The position numbers and the translations under genes are program-made. A stretch of 64,000 nucleotides of DNA from Phoronis australis (taxonomy: Eukaryota > Animalia > Phoronida). Each line of letters opens with the position of its first letter. Position 1 is the stretch's first letter. Below the pieces are notes generated by a model that was given only the letters and a program-made list of their open reading frames with translations, made no database searches and had not been told where the DNA came from. Of the stretch, positions 51,990 through 64,000 are shown piece after piece. Where the stretch lies: the NCBI GenBank assembly GCA_002633005.1, contig NMRA01000869.1, forward strand, positions 49,271-113,270. Direction: 5' to 3'.

Positions 51990-53243
51990 CTCGCTCAGCA
52001 GTTAACAAAGGAGGTAGATGTTACCGCACAGTCACAACCATCTATGTCTGGTAAAGTCACTGAACAGGATTATGCCCTATTGGGTAAAAATGTCCAAATA
52101 CAATTTGAATGCAAAATTAGTATTATTAAAAATTACATTCTTCCTTGAAAGCTAAATTACTTAACAGTGCTGGGAAATTGCCATTCTACCATATTTCCAT
52201 GGCTAAAGTTGTGTAGTGGTTGTAATGTGCGTTAACTGGCTTTCAGTGCCATGATAGATGAGTAGAGCACCACCTACTACTAGTAATAAAGGTTATTGAC
52301 CAATTTCCGTTTTTCTGATTCTACCATCAACTGTTCTTCTTCGAAATCGATTTTGAATACAAAGATTAGATCTGGGCCCAGATCACAAGTCAATTCTATG
52401 CCACGGTGCTAGTGAGCGACTTTAAACATTTGACAAGTCCAATATATGCTGTCCTGTTACAAAATTTCTTCTTTCAGATGACCTACATAGTTCATAAAAT
52501 TAAGTTAAAATACAAGATAATTTTTACTTATTTCTACTCACCTGCAACACTAGTCGTAATGCAGAGATGTATATAATTATTTTATACTGTCAGCTAGTGA
52601 ATGTTGTTGGTAAAACTGGAAATTTAACTTATCCGTGTAAGTTACGGTTGAAGAAACACAACCTTATGAACATCATTTTCTTATATCATTCTCCCGCTTT
52701 CAAGCCAGTACGGTCAAGACACGCGTATGCGCCATGTACTTAATTTTGGTTTGGTAAAGTGACATCTTTTGGGAGATGATGACAACTTCACTGAAGCAAA
52801 ATTTCCTGAGAATTTTGGTTCCCTGTTAGTAAAGTACTCAGAAGTACTAAGGAAGTGCATCCACTTCTAGTAGTTTGTTGTGAACTGTGAGCAACTTCCT
52901 GAAAAAGAACAGTGAAGAATTGGTGAAAATAGAGATTGGCCTACAGATGGCACTCAGTTTCATGGCACTCAAAGTTCACGCACAATAATGGACTAACAGC
53001 ATTCTTTTTCGCGCCACTAACCTCGTTAGCTAAGGGAAGAGTAGTTTTAGGATGTTAACTTTGTGCAAGATTTTATTTTGCTCACCTTTTACCCAAGTCT
53101 TTCCAAAGTTGTATATTTTTACATAGCTGTATATTTATACAGCATTGCACCAAGGCTTCTTGGTTTGTACTGTGTGTATGTCGTAAAATTATTTGGCAAA
53201 ACTTTCAATTATTTGCAGTGAAATACGTAAAAAATCTCCAACA

Positions 53244-54419
53244 AACAGAATGAAAGCGCTCCGAGGAGCGAAACTTGGCGAAATTAACCAAAAAGATGAC
53301 GATAAAGATGATGACGAATATGATGACGATGGTGGCGAGGATGAACAAAAGAAGTAATAATAACATACACATGACGAACGTAGAAGTCCGAAATCAGTAT
53401 GAAAAAGGCTACAGTCTTGAGCGACACTTGGCGAAATTAACGGAAAAGACAACGACGGAGATGATGACGAAGATGATGACGAATGTGACGATTATGATGA
53501 TGGTGGTGGCGATGATGAACAACATCACAACATTCATATGACGAACTTAGATGTCATAAATCAATAAGAAATAGTCTACAGTCTAGTTCAATAGAAGATA
53601 AACCAACATAAATGCAGCAAGAGCGCTCAACAAAGGAACAGCGCTGTCCGAAAATCTCAAATAACTCGAAAAGTAGAGGTCCTAGCGAAAAATGAAAAAC
53701 ATCTTCTGAAAGCCCGTTCAAAATTCTATCCAAACGGATGGTATCGCCTAATTCCGTAAATTTTTGAAAAAAATGAAATTTTGCGTTTTTTTAAGAAATT
53801 CAAAGTCAAATAACTCGGAAAACGGTAAGTCTGAGAAAAAAATTGTTACAGGCCATTTGAAAGAATATACTTCAAAGAATCCACATGCAAAAAATCACGT
53901 CTTTTTCTCTTCCCGTTTAAAATCGCACTCCAGCACGACTGAAAATGGGTCAACATGCGCAACTTTCGGTTTTTTGGCTTCGTATAATAGCATGTCATAA
54001 GAAACTAATACCTGTAAAAATTCGAAGGAATTGGCCTTATAATGTGCCCTTTACAGGAGAAAACGTTTTTAGGCCAAAATCGAGGTGCGCATGCGCGATC
54101 GCCGATATTTCCGCCATCTTTAACTGGAAGTAAACAATTTACAGTACACTTGTAGCAAACTTCTGGTCCATTTACTGTGCCAATTCTTAGCCTATTACGT
54201 AAAAATTTGTAGCCTCCAGAAGCATTTGAACCTTTAAATGAAAACAAAATGGCCGCCACAGCCGCCATCTTGGATCCGATTTTGACGAAAAACAACAGGC
54301 TTCCTGTACTTCCGGAACTACGTGTTATGTGTAAATTTCGTGATTATCGGACGAAAATTGCGACCTGTAGCGTGCTTACAAAAAAAAAAACTTAGTGAAA
54401 TAAATTTCGCCAAGTAAAT
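53244..54419 (+). mobile_element. Second HINE-like family element just upstream of the first AGXT coding exon
   Basis: Subterminal acttggcgaaatt (53273) is inverted against 3' aatttcgccaagt in the hairpin cttagtgaaataaatttcgccaag. Also has (gat/gac)n tracts and aaaatggccgcc/gccgccatcttgga core motifs. Confidence 0.58.
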
Positions 54420-54525
54420 ATAAAAATTCCGTTATTAAGGTCACACTTTCAACTAATGGAATGAGGAGCAAATATATTGGTTGTTGAAGCAAGCAGATTG
54501 TTTTTTTTTAACAGGTCTGTTGACA

Positions 54526-54681
54526 ATGAGTGGTGTGTTTCCACCCCCTGAGTCTTTGAGGAAGCCTTTAGAGGTTCCCTTCAAGCTGATGATGGGCCCT
54601 GGACCCAGTAATGTGTCACCTCGAATTGCCGCCTCTGGAACTCTCCCCATTTTAGGCCAAACACATCCCGAATTCTTCAAG
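54526..54681 (+). CDS. AGXT: Alanine-glyoxylate / serine-pyruvate aminotransferase, coding exon 1
   Basis: MSGVFPPPESLRKPLEVPFKLMMGPGPSNVSPRIAASGTLPILGQTHPEFFK contains the GPGPSN motif. Acceptor at 54513-54514, donor gtaagt. Confidence 0.95.
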
Positions 54682-55737
54682 GTAAGTTTGAGTTAGTAGA
54701 GTGATTGCCTGTTACAGCACCACAGAGCAATTAATCGACCTTGTCAATAACCCAGTATGTTTACATACAGTACTAGTCAAAAGTAATGCGACAAAGTGCT
54801 GTTTGCTGTCACGACAGCTCGTTCTGTTCACAGCGATAATGATTGATAATACCCATCGAAGCAGCGAACTTCTAATTACAGAATGACTTGGCCACCTTAC
54901 TAACTTTCTTGTCAATTTCCCTTCATTTTCGGTCACGAGAGAAGACTGCTATGACAGTGCATTCAGCTTCCATCCAGCCATCAAGACGAGGAATTCTCGG
55001 TTATTTTGTCTGAATACTTTTGGCTTGTACTGTACTAACCACCGTAATAAGGGTGTGACACAGTTTCCACGACAGTCGCGAGGCTTTCTGCATTCATCTT
55101 TCAGTCTTCACCTTATTGGCGACGAGTGGGACTTTAGTCTAATTGTCACGTGTTTTGAAGCCGTGGGTTTCAGTGCACATTCAAAATCCTGACCAACGCA
55201 TTACCTCTGTTTCCGGAAAAATGATCACCCAAGACAATATCCCTGTCTAATATATCGTGCTATGTCTCATTTTGTAACCAGTAACTATGAGTGCTTCTAA
55301 CTGGTTGTAATTACAATATGCACTTGCGTGGACTTTAATGACTGACTTCTTTTGTTTGGGGAACGGAGATGGTTGTCCGTGGTAACCTCTGCCTGTTTGT
55401 GTCAACATTCCTTCCCGCCCATTTTAGACACTGTGAACTATGAAAAGTAAATACATCGTCAAAATTTTCATTGTTTGAATGGAAAAAATCAGTTAACTAC
55501 GACAGATGAAAAAAGAAATAACAAGCGAAATCGATTGCTGTTCCTTTGTTGATATGTCCCAACCTATATTGTGTCTACCTTACACAAGGGGGCGACTTGG
55601 CTTGTATACACTGCCACTTATCATAATGCAGTGAAATTTATATGGAGGAGTGGTCATGAAGTTGGATGTGGAAGCCTATATTTTGAAAATGTCAGTTATT
55701 GTTAATGGTTCTTGTTGCCTTTATCTACCGAGTCTAG

Positions 55738-55816
55738 ATCATGGATGAAGTGAAAGACGGTCTTAAGTACACATTCCAAACTAGGAATGACATGACGCTC
55801 TGTGTGTCTGGCACAG
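55738..55816 (+). CDS. AGXT: AGXT coding exon 2
   Basis: tag/gtaagt boundaries, phase 0-1. [26 protein letters not shown]. Confidence 0.95.
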
Positions 55817-56538
55817 GTAAGTTAGCACTCCTTTGATGAGCCGTTTTGGGCTTGGCTACTCAGAATCGATAGGGGGTAATAAAACAATTATTTTCTCAGC
55901 CAGGACCATAAAACCTTTGATAAGCTGTGTTTACTTACACTGTGCAACTGGGACAGTTGTATGACTAAGAGCAGGGTTCACCGACCTTGCATGTCAATTT
56001 CCAAAAGCCTGTTGTTTGTGAAAGACACCAATCATTTACAACCATCTCCAAAATTCTAAACCATTATGGGGATTAGTTACGTACTCCTAGCCCAAAATTC
56101 CATATCCACCCATCATTCTCAGCCTTGAGAGTCAGGTGTAGGAGAAATAAAGCCCATTAATAATATGCGTGAAGTGATAAGTCTCATTAGTAGTTAGAAG
56201 TCTGATTTATTGGCACATCTGTTGTTTCAGCTAAAAGGTCAGTAAAATTGTTGGTTCTCTAGTTATGTATTAGTTGAGTTGATAAGTCATTGATTTCATA
56301 GATAGAGAAAGAGATCAAATGCAATTCAAAGTTTATATTTCAATTAGCAAGAAATAGTCCAAAAATTGGCAACATTGCAAACTTAGAAACAATCAGTTAC
56401 ATTGCTGTAATTGTTTATTGCAGCATAACTTTCAACGGATTTGTAATAATTGAAATTTGAAAATTATTTCTCATGAAAATTGGAGGTCATTTCTGTCATT
56501 TTGAAACAGACGTGGCTGTAAAAAATATAACTTATTAA

Positions 56539-59244
56539 GAGGCAGTCCATATAAAAACCAGTAGATTTTCAAAAATCAGTCTATACGTCAAAATTTAAAA
56601 CAACTTCATTTTTTGTACATGGGTAGGTATCCTAACAAAAACCCAAATGCCAAATTTTGTGCACTCAATGACCTCTAATTTCGCCGCTGGAGCATGATAA
56701 CACAAATTGGCACAATTGGGCATATTAGCCGTCTCAAAAATTGCATGTTTTCAGCAACAAAAATGAGTAACATACAAAATAGATCAAAAGCTATATTTTG
56801 GTGGCTGAAATAACCAACGTATACTGTGCATAAATCTGTGCCATTTATTAAAATCTAACAGTTTTGTGCTAGACAGGGGAGATAATCCATAGACCACTTT
56901 TTGGGGCTAATTTTAGTGGCCATNNNNNNNNNNNNNNNNNNNNNNNNNNNNNNNNNNNNNNNNNNNNNNNNNNNNNNNNNNNNNNNNNNNNNNNNNNNNN
57001 NNNNNNNNNNNNNNNNNNNNNNNNNNNNNNNNNNNNNNNNNNNNNNNNNNNNNNNNNNNNNNNNNNNNNNNNNNNNNNNNNNNNNNNNNNNNNNNNNNNN
57101 NNNNNNNNNNNNNNNNNNNNNNNNNNNNNNNNNNNNNNNNNNNNNNNNNNNNNNNNNNNNNNNNNNNNNNNNNNNNNNNNNNNNNNNNNNNNNNNNNNNN
57201 NNNNNNNNNNNNNNNNNNNNNNNNNNNNNNNNNNNNNNNNNNNNNNNNNNNNNNNNNNNNNNNNNNNNNNNNNNNNNNNNNNNNNNNNNNNNNNNNNACG
57301 GTAAGTTCTTACAAATACTGAGAAAATGGGAAACCTATTTCTCTAAATTACACTAACATCTCTAGACATGGCGGATTTTCAACACCAAGACTTAAGGTTG
57401 GCATTGTATCTAGTGAAGAGCCTCAACAGAAGTTCCCTTGTACCCAGCAAGGTTACTCGAAATTTTTTGCTACAGACGCAGAACTAGGTCGGCATTTGGA
57501 TGTGGGTAACCACACTGAACACGTATGACCACATCGCACGGCAGTCGTCAGAAATGCTTTTAGATGCAAGAACCGGAGCGTCATTTGAGGCAGCCTCAGA
57601 GTACAATGTGGATGAGACGAATGCTGAAGCAATAGGTTAGGCATTGAAAAAAGGTAAAAGGTCAACAAGATTTTCATCAAAGGTTAAGAACTTTTTGACG
57701 AACATATTCGATGAAGGAGAAAGTCAGGTAAAAACTTTCACCCTCGGAAGTGCCAAAATGGAGAAAACATTACGAGAACCCACTGTGAAAGTGTTTACCT
57801 GTGATGTTAAGCGAATCGCAGATTGGTGGATTTTTTCGAGGTTGTCTGCAGCAATGTTTATGACGATGCTATTTCTGCTGAAGATGCTGTTAGGTCGTCA
57901 GATTTACTGAATGAAGTGGTAAATGAGTTCAACGTTTAGCCTAGTTTTGTAGCATACCAGTCAAAGATGTGTGATATATGAAGTCGAGACCGTTACTTCT
58001 GTTTACTTCATGTCTGTCATGAAGTAGTCATTAATAAAATTGTCTTTCGCTAATTATTTTCTGTTGACTGTATGTGTACCTTTTTATACCACTGATGATC
58101 ACACTGGCAAAAATATTCAGCGTTAGGGTGCCCGGTGTGTGGGAGGTGGAACACCAGATTTCTGGCGACTGGTGGCGACTAAAATTTGTAGCAACCAGCA
58201 GGGACATTACGATGTGAACCCAAAGTTACAATGTCTATTGACAAGTTGAAGGATTTTTTGCACTGAACACTAGGGGCCGGGGCATATCCACCTTTGGTGC
58301 CTTCCTTTGCCTTTGGCACGAACAAGGCAGATAGAAAACAAAGCAGGGGTGAGTTCAGTAACACTAGAACCTCTCTAAAATGTATCCAAAACCACGTGTT
58401 CTCATTTAAAATACACGGCAACATCTCGCGAAGTCTTGAATTATAGCAAGGTTCTCGTGTTACTGCTCTTATTCTAGATGCGTCTTCAGTCTCCACGTAA
58501 ACAAAAGTAGCGCCATCTATCATTTAGAAGCACGCATGCCAGTTGATTTACGTACACATTTTTGTAATAAGTATTAATCATCAATGCCGTTTTCATAGAA
58601 TGGTAATTAATAATGCCGTCTGCCTTTTCTCCAAAATATGTCGTGTTTCGCAAGCTAGTTATATCTTCCAAGAGCCCCCTATTGGCAGCAGAGGCAACTG
58701 AGAACATGCAAAAGGACGAAGTGCAGTTCGTATAATGCTTCGTACGCAAAAACTAGATTAGAGGCAAGATTTTTTATTTTAGATTATGAACAGGCTAGGA
58801 ATGACTTAACAAATTATTATAAAGTCAATTTCAGGAAAGGTGCGTTATGGCTGCTACAGAGTGCCAAATGTGGCCGAAATTGGCTTCAGTGAAAACCTGA
58901 AAAATAGACGTTTTTGCCTCACAAATTCAAAACGCATCAATTTAAAAATGGATTTTGAAAGTTATGCCATTAAATTATTCAGCTATTGCCCTTTCAATTC
59001 GTATTATTCATTTGTTTTGACCGTATCATACATGCTAGTAAAATGCATTCAAACATGCCTACTTCGACGCCCAATTTTGTTGCAAACTGGAGGTACAGGT
59101 CATAAAAAGAAAAATAATGAATGAAAATTCTTAAAAAGTGAGGTTTTTCTACTTCTCAACAAACCAAACTCATGTGCTAAGTTTCAAAACAATCGGTGAT
59201 TTTGGGTATAGACTCTACCTGTTGGTTTTTATATGGAGTCACTC
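56539..59244 (+). mobile_element. Sola3-like DNA transposon in AGXT intron 2 (N gap inside)
   Basis: TTAA|GAGgcagtccatataaaaacca ... tggtttttatatggagtcaCTC|TTAA. Decayed transposase C-terminus G*ALKKGKRSTRFSSKVKNFLTNIFDEGE...FSRLSA. GAG termini with TTAA TSD match Sola3 as I recall it. Confidence 0.7.
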
Positions 59245-59717
59245 TTAATATGGTTGCCTAAAATGATACTTAATGCTTCCAAGGAAAAATAATGGTCTCT
59301 TCCTTTGTCTTTCAATCACAAATTATCTGTTGGGCACGTCTCAGTTAATGTCCCAAACTGAAGAGACTATGCTATTGTAGATTAAGGAAATCAATTTTTA
59401 TGGATCACATCCGCTTCTACAAACATTTGCCCACTTGTCCACGACTTAAACTAATTGGTTCACGGTGCGAGTGATATATGCTTGCTGACTAACATATTAA
59501 TATACTCTATTGGAATCTGTTTTCTGAGGCAGCTTTGTGTTAGCCGGCCAAGCCACAGAGAGTAAAATTGAGAGAGGGGGGACTTATACACAAGAAAAAC
59601 AAAGTTGGGTTGGGCTTATGCTTGTGGTTATGGCAATGTGTGAAACAATTTCCAAGTTTTAGAGTTATTTATTTATTACTCAGGTGTTAAGGCCATGTTA
59701 TACGTTATCTTTTTAAG

Positions 59718-59831
59718 GTCATGCCGCCATGGAAACCGCCTGTTGTAACCTGGTGGAGGAAGGTGATGTTGTGCTGGTCATCATAGCTGGACTGTGGGGC
59801 ATGAGGTTCGCTGATATGGCTGAGAGACATG
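59718..59831 (+). CDS. AGXT: AGXT coding exon 3
   Basis: taag/gtaagc boundaries, phase 1-1. GHAAMETACCNLVEEGDVVLVIIAGLWGMRFADMAERH. Confidence 0.95.
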
Positions 59832-60206
59832 GTAAGCGGTATCCTTGTCATATTAATTTACCGCGCAACGTGAAATGGATCGTGATGTCATGCTTATATT
59901 TGAAGCGCCATAACACCAGTCTTTGGCCTTAGTAGTGTGTCAAGAATTGAAGAATGTCCGCAATACCGACCACAAAGAAAAAATATTTACCAAGTTATCT
60001 GTCCACCATGTTTCCCTGATTTTTTGCTGTCAGTTCTTTCACATTTTCTTCTCTTTTGCGTGGTGCTGCTTTTATATGGGAATAAAACGTTGCATCTGTT
60101 TGTATTGTGTTTTTGAAATATGAAGTTTTCAGTTGCTGCGCTGGCGGTAAGATTTTTGATAATTGGCTAAGAACGTATGTTATCCAAAATTATTTCTGAA
60201 TTTCAG

Positions 60207-60372
60207 GTGCTGTTGTTCATCGACTTGAGAAGCCTCTAGGCAATATCTTCAGCTTACGAGATATTGGAAACGCCCTTCAGAAACACAGACCCTCTGTCAT
60301 GTTTGTCACTCAAGGGGAATCCACATCTACAACCCTGCAGCCCTTAGAGGGACTCGGTTCACTCTGTCACAG
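60207..60372 (+). CDS. AGXT: AGXT coding exon 4
   Basis: ttcag/gtgagt boundaries, phase 1-2. GAVVHRLEKPLGNIFSLRDIGNALQKHRPSVMFVTQGESTSTTLQPLEGLGSLCH. Confidence 0.95.
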
Positions 60373-60829
60373 GTGAGTCATTACGACTACATTCTCCCGG
60401 TCTCTGGTTGTTTCATCTCTCTCCTTTTCTCTCAGCACCTCTCTCTTGTCTTCCCTTTTCCATCCTTTCTCTCTCTTTCAGCAATTTGACTCATCAAATT
60501 CTCAGTGTATGTCATGGCAGCTTTAGGTAACTGAAAACTACATAGATTTCCAATTTTTTGGCTACTCTGTCTTTCAGCCATAATGCCACGGGGATATTCA
60601 ATATTGCAAAAAATAATAATTTAGATGTAAGGTCCTACTTATAGTTCATGTATCATTTGAGGTATATTTGTGTGATAGTTTAACTCATGTTTTCCTATTT
60701 AGCTTAAGTATTGTTAAGACCAGTATAATGTAAGCTAATACATTTAGAATTAACTAAAATCTGTTTGAGGAAGGCTTTAACAGAGTGCCTGTTCTGTGTA
60801 AGTAATTGATGTGTGGTTCTGTATTGTAG

Positions 60830-60900
60830 CTATGGTTGTCTTCTTGTTGTGGACTCGGTAGCTGCCATGTGTGGAGTGCCACTATTTGTAGACAAGTGGG
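60830..60900 (+). CDS. AGXT: AGXT coding exon 5
   Basis: tag/gtgagt boundaries, phase 2-1. YGCLLVVDSVAAMCGVPLFVDKW includes the PLP-binding Asp motif VDSVA. Confidence 0.95.
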
Positions 60901-61100
60901 GTGAGTTTGTGCCAGATAGTGACTGTCTTTATGTTTTGCTGTGCTCTCCCATTCGAATTTTCTGCATCCTTTGACTTTTACAATGACATGTGTGGGGGAC
61001 TATTGATATTTATTTTCTATGACTTTGGGACTTTTTGCCTTAGTTTTCAGTATTCAAGCAATTGTTTTTCAAACCTTCCTTATCGTTTCTGTTTTTACAG

Positions 61101-61185
61101 AGATTGACGTGTGCTATAGTGGCTCGCAAAAGGTTCTTAACGTTCCACCAGGTGTCGCTCCAATTACATTCAGTCCAAGAGCAAG
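61101..61185 (+). CDS. AGXT: AGXT coding exon 6 (gene continues beyond the window)
   Basis: tacag/gtacgc boundaries, phase 1-2. [28 protein letters not shown] includes the PLP lysine in SQK. Confidence 0.95.
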
Positions 61186-61293
61186 GTACGCGCTGTTTTG
61201 AGTCTGCATCTTTTTCACTATTAAATGGTGTATTGCATCGGAAATGAAGAACATCCTGATAAATTAGGCTTTTGTTGAATTTCAGCACNTTAA

Positions 61294-63394
61294 GAGGCAG
61301 TCCATATAAAAACCAGTAGATTTTCAAAAATCAGTCTATACGTCAAAATTTAAAACAACTTCATTTTTTGTACATGTGTAGGTATCCTAACAAAAACCCA
61401 AATGCCAAATTTTGTGCACTCAATGACCCTTAATTTCGCCGCTGTAGCATGATAACACAAATTGGCACAATTGGGCATATTAGCCGTCTCAAAAATTGCA
61501 TGTTTTCAGCAACAAAAATGAGTAACATACAAAACAGATCAAAAGCTATATTTTGGTGGCTGAAATAACCAACGTATACTGTGCATCAATCTGTGCCATT
61601 TATTAAAATCTAACAGTTTTGTGCTAGACAGGGGAGATAATCCAGAGACCACTTTTTGGGGCTAATTTTAGTGGCCATTTTTGTGACCTTCTTACTGCCA
61701 TAAAACACCTTGTAGCCTTATGTGACGTTTTGAACATACAGTTAAAGAGTTAGTCTTGATGACTGAGCACTAAAAAATCTTGCCTCAACTTTGCACTTTA
61801 GTGAAAATTGTCTTGCAAAGCTGTCTATTTTCATTGTTTGGAAATGACGAGCAGAGTTTACAGACCATTTGAACAAACTTTTAGGCAAGAAGTCTGCTTT
61901 AAATAGTTATAGATACCAAGTCTAAAGTCTTTCAAATGAAAACAAGATGTTTTCCGGGTTTATTACGCGGCTACTATCAAAACTGAACCCGATGACCTTT
62001 GCCCACTGAGGGAGTCAGTTGAGGTTTAAAGCTTGAGGATTCATCAAAAATATACGTGTAACCCTCTCGTATTCTTTCATTTCTCTTACATAATCAGGTT
62101 AATTTAAACACTCTGTAGAACTTTTGAATGGAAATAAATGCATTTAAGATTAAACGAGTAAGAATTGATATTTGTAATGACTGGTTTTGAGAGAAGCAAG
62201 TGCATTTTAAAAAGACAAAATGGCGGACGATGTCGATGGGCCTTCACGTTCCTTTAGAGTTTATTCTTCAAAAAATCACAAAAGCTTTGTGCTTTAGTGA
62301 GTTATGTCAAAGACACCACTGAACATTTGAGATACAAGAAACTACTTCACAAAGCAAGGCCTGTGGCAGAGTACGGACTCGTACTACCCAGAGTCGGTGA
62401 ATTTCTGACTGAACAGGACCAATCATGGAAGAGTCAGGTAATGCTGGATGTTACCACTCTGCTCCTCTCCTCCTGAACGTAGCAACCTTGTCAAATTCTA
62501 CCGGCATTTCTGTTTCGAGATATGACATTAGTGAAAGTCAGAATGGAAAGAATCTCTGTGATCGCAAGATCGCTCCACTCAAACAACATGCAAAGTACTT
62601 TGTAGCCGAAAGTAATGATATCATAAACTTTCTGGATTTGAAAGAAGCACTACTTTCCAGTGACTGTGTGAAGGAATGTTATGTGTATGCATGTCCAGTC
62701 AATGCAACAAATTCTATTCCAAAATACTCAGTTCCTGGAATAAGGACATTCCCAAAGTCCCACTATTCCACCCAAGGAATTCGCGTGTGGAAATCATTCC
62801 ACGTAGATGACGGTAAGTTCTTACAAATACTGAAAAAATGGGAAACCTATTTCTCTAAATTACACTAACATATCTAGACATGGCGGATTTTCAACACCAA
62901 GACTTAAGGTTGGCATTGTATCTAGTGAAGAGCCTCAACAGAAGTTCCCTTGTACCCAGCAAGGTTACTCGAAATTTTTTGCTACAGACGCAGAACTATG
63001 GCGGCATTTGGATGTGGGTAACCACACTGAACACGTATGACCACATCGCACGGCAGTCGTCAGAAATGCTTTTAGATNAGAACTTAGTAGGCATTTGGAT
63101 GTGGGTAACCACAGTGAACACGTATGATCACATTGTACGACAGACGTCAGAAATGCTTTCAGATGCAAGAACCGGAGCGTCATTTGAGGCAGTCTCAGAG
63201 TACAATGTGGATGAGACGAATGCTGAAGCAATAGGGTAGGCATTGAAAAAAGGTAAAAGGTCAAATGAATTTCATCAAAGCTTAGGAACTCTCTGACGAA
63301 TGAAGGAGATGTCAGGTAACAACTTTCACCCTCGGAAGTGCCATAATGCAGAAAACAATACGAGAACCCACTGTGTAAGTGTTTACATGTGATG
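61294..63394 (+). mobile_element. Sola3-like element copy, interrupted at 63395 by a Kolobok insertion
   Basis: Same TTAA|GAGgcagtcc left end. Matches 56539-56923 and 57298-57810. Confidence 0.75.
62425..62868 (+). pseudogene. DDE transposase core remnant (Sola3-like)
   Basis: SGNAGCYHS (cf. SDNAGCYH, Asp replaced by Gly), RYDISESQNGKNLCDRKIA, NDI...DLKEAL, GIRVWK. Lies inside the TIR element. Confidence 0.7.
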
Positions 63395-63398
63395 TTAA

Positions 63399-64000
63399 AG
63401 GGGAAAGCAACCTTTATCCATGTCACTTTGAGCTAAAATAAGGTTGGTTGGTTATCCTAGACATGTTTTCCACTTAATTACAGCTTGTCGTAATTTTATA
63501 AATTACTCGTCCGCTACTCAGGAAGTGACGTTTTAGGAGGCAAGCGTTTCCCGCCATTTGGTTTTGCGTTGACTTTACCGTGCGAATCTGTTCTATTCTA
63601 CTTTTGTTTTGTGCTGTTTTTCAATAATTGTCGCCACCACTTTTCTTCGGCGAGTATTCTGCGGCAAGATAGGTTAGTAGAGAACTCAACTACGTTGGAT
63701 TTAGGGATTGTTTAGTGTGTTGTAAGCTGAAAATGGCTGGAGTCGGTGACCCGTATCACAGTGACAGTAGAGTGGGTGACGGAGACCTTGTTCACAGCAG
63801 TGGTGACGAGGAATTTTTTCACGGACATTCAGTGGGTGGGTACATATTTGAGCCCGAGTATAACGAGGCAGAGTACGCACAGGCACAGGCAGCTGTTGAG
63901 AGAAACGAGGCGGCTACTAAGGTCAGACGTGGTGACACATCTTGGTGCAAGTGAGCTGTGTGCGTTGTTATGCATACCTCAATGGAATGCTTTGCTGTTC
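63399..64000. mobile_element. Kolobok-type element, KolX end (runs off the window)
   Basis: TTAA|aggggaaagcaaccttt... 63399-63650 is a diverged reverse complement of 18817-19068. Confidence 0.8.
63733..64000 (+). pseudogene. KolX / P2X7 ballast-like Cys-rich ORF with premature stop
   Basis: GYIFEPEY...RRGDTSWCK*AVCVVMHTSMEC fits YxFEP...WCxCxxCxxMxTxxEC(x)CC, with TGA at the second Cys position. Confidence 0.72.

Noticed and set aside
53275-53541. Asp- or Met-rich ORF
   Set aside because: (gat/gac)n low-complexity tract inside a HINE-like repeat.

Overview
AT-rich animal genomic DNA with spliceosomal introns. It is probably from a heterozygous marine invertebrate draft assembly (inference), with two N gaps and several single-'n' contig joins. 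Two genes are recognisable. An FBXL6-type F-box/LRR gene lies on the minus strand (8 coding exons traced, 14824->2476; the exon(s) just after the F-box exon were not found). The first six coding exons of AGXT (alanine-glyoxylate/serine-pyruvate aminotransferase) lie on the plus strand (54526-61185; the gene continues past the window). Two orphan candidates are present: a ~300-aa low-complexity protein with repeated YDDV-type phosphotyrosine motifs (minus, 32540->31160) and a lone signal-peptide exon (plus, 24797-24973). Most of the rest is repeat-derived: Kolobok-type elements (THAP at one end, KolX/P2X7-ballast-like ORF at the other), Sola3-like TTAA elements, a pogo/Tigger-like element, Helentron-type HINEs, a decayed L1/Tx1 LINE, an inverted Penelope fragment inside a tRNA-SINE, MITEs and minisatellites. 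Three 0.5-1.5 kb duplications abut single 'n' joins and are probably uncollapsed alleles. No CRISPR, rRNA or convincing tRNA gene was found. I see no clear new multi-gene system; the best novelty candidates are the two orphan genes and the nested transposon structures. All family assignments come from motif recall, not database searches.
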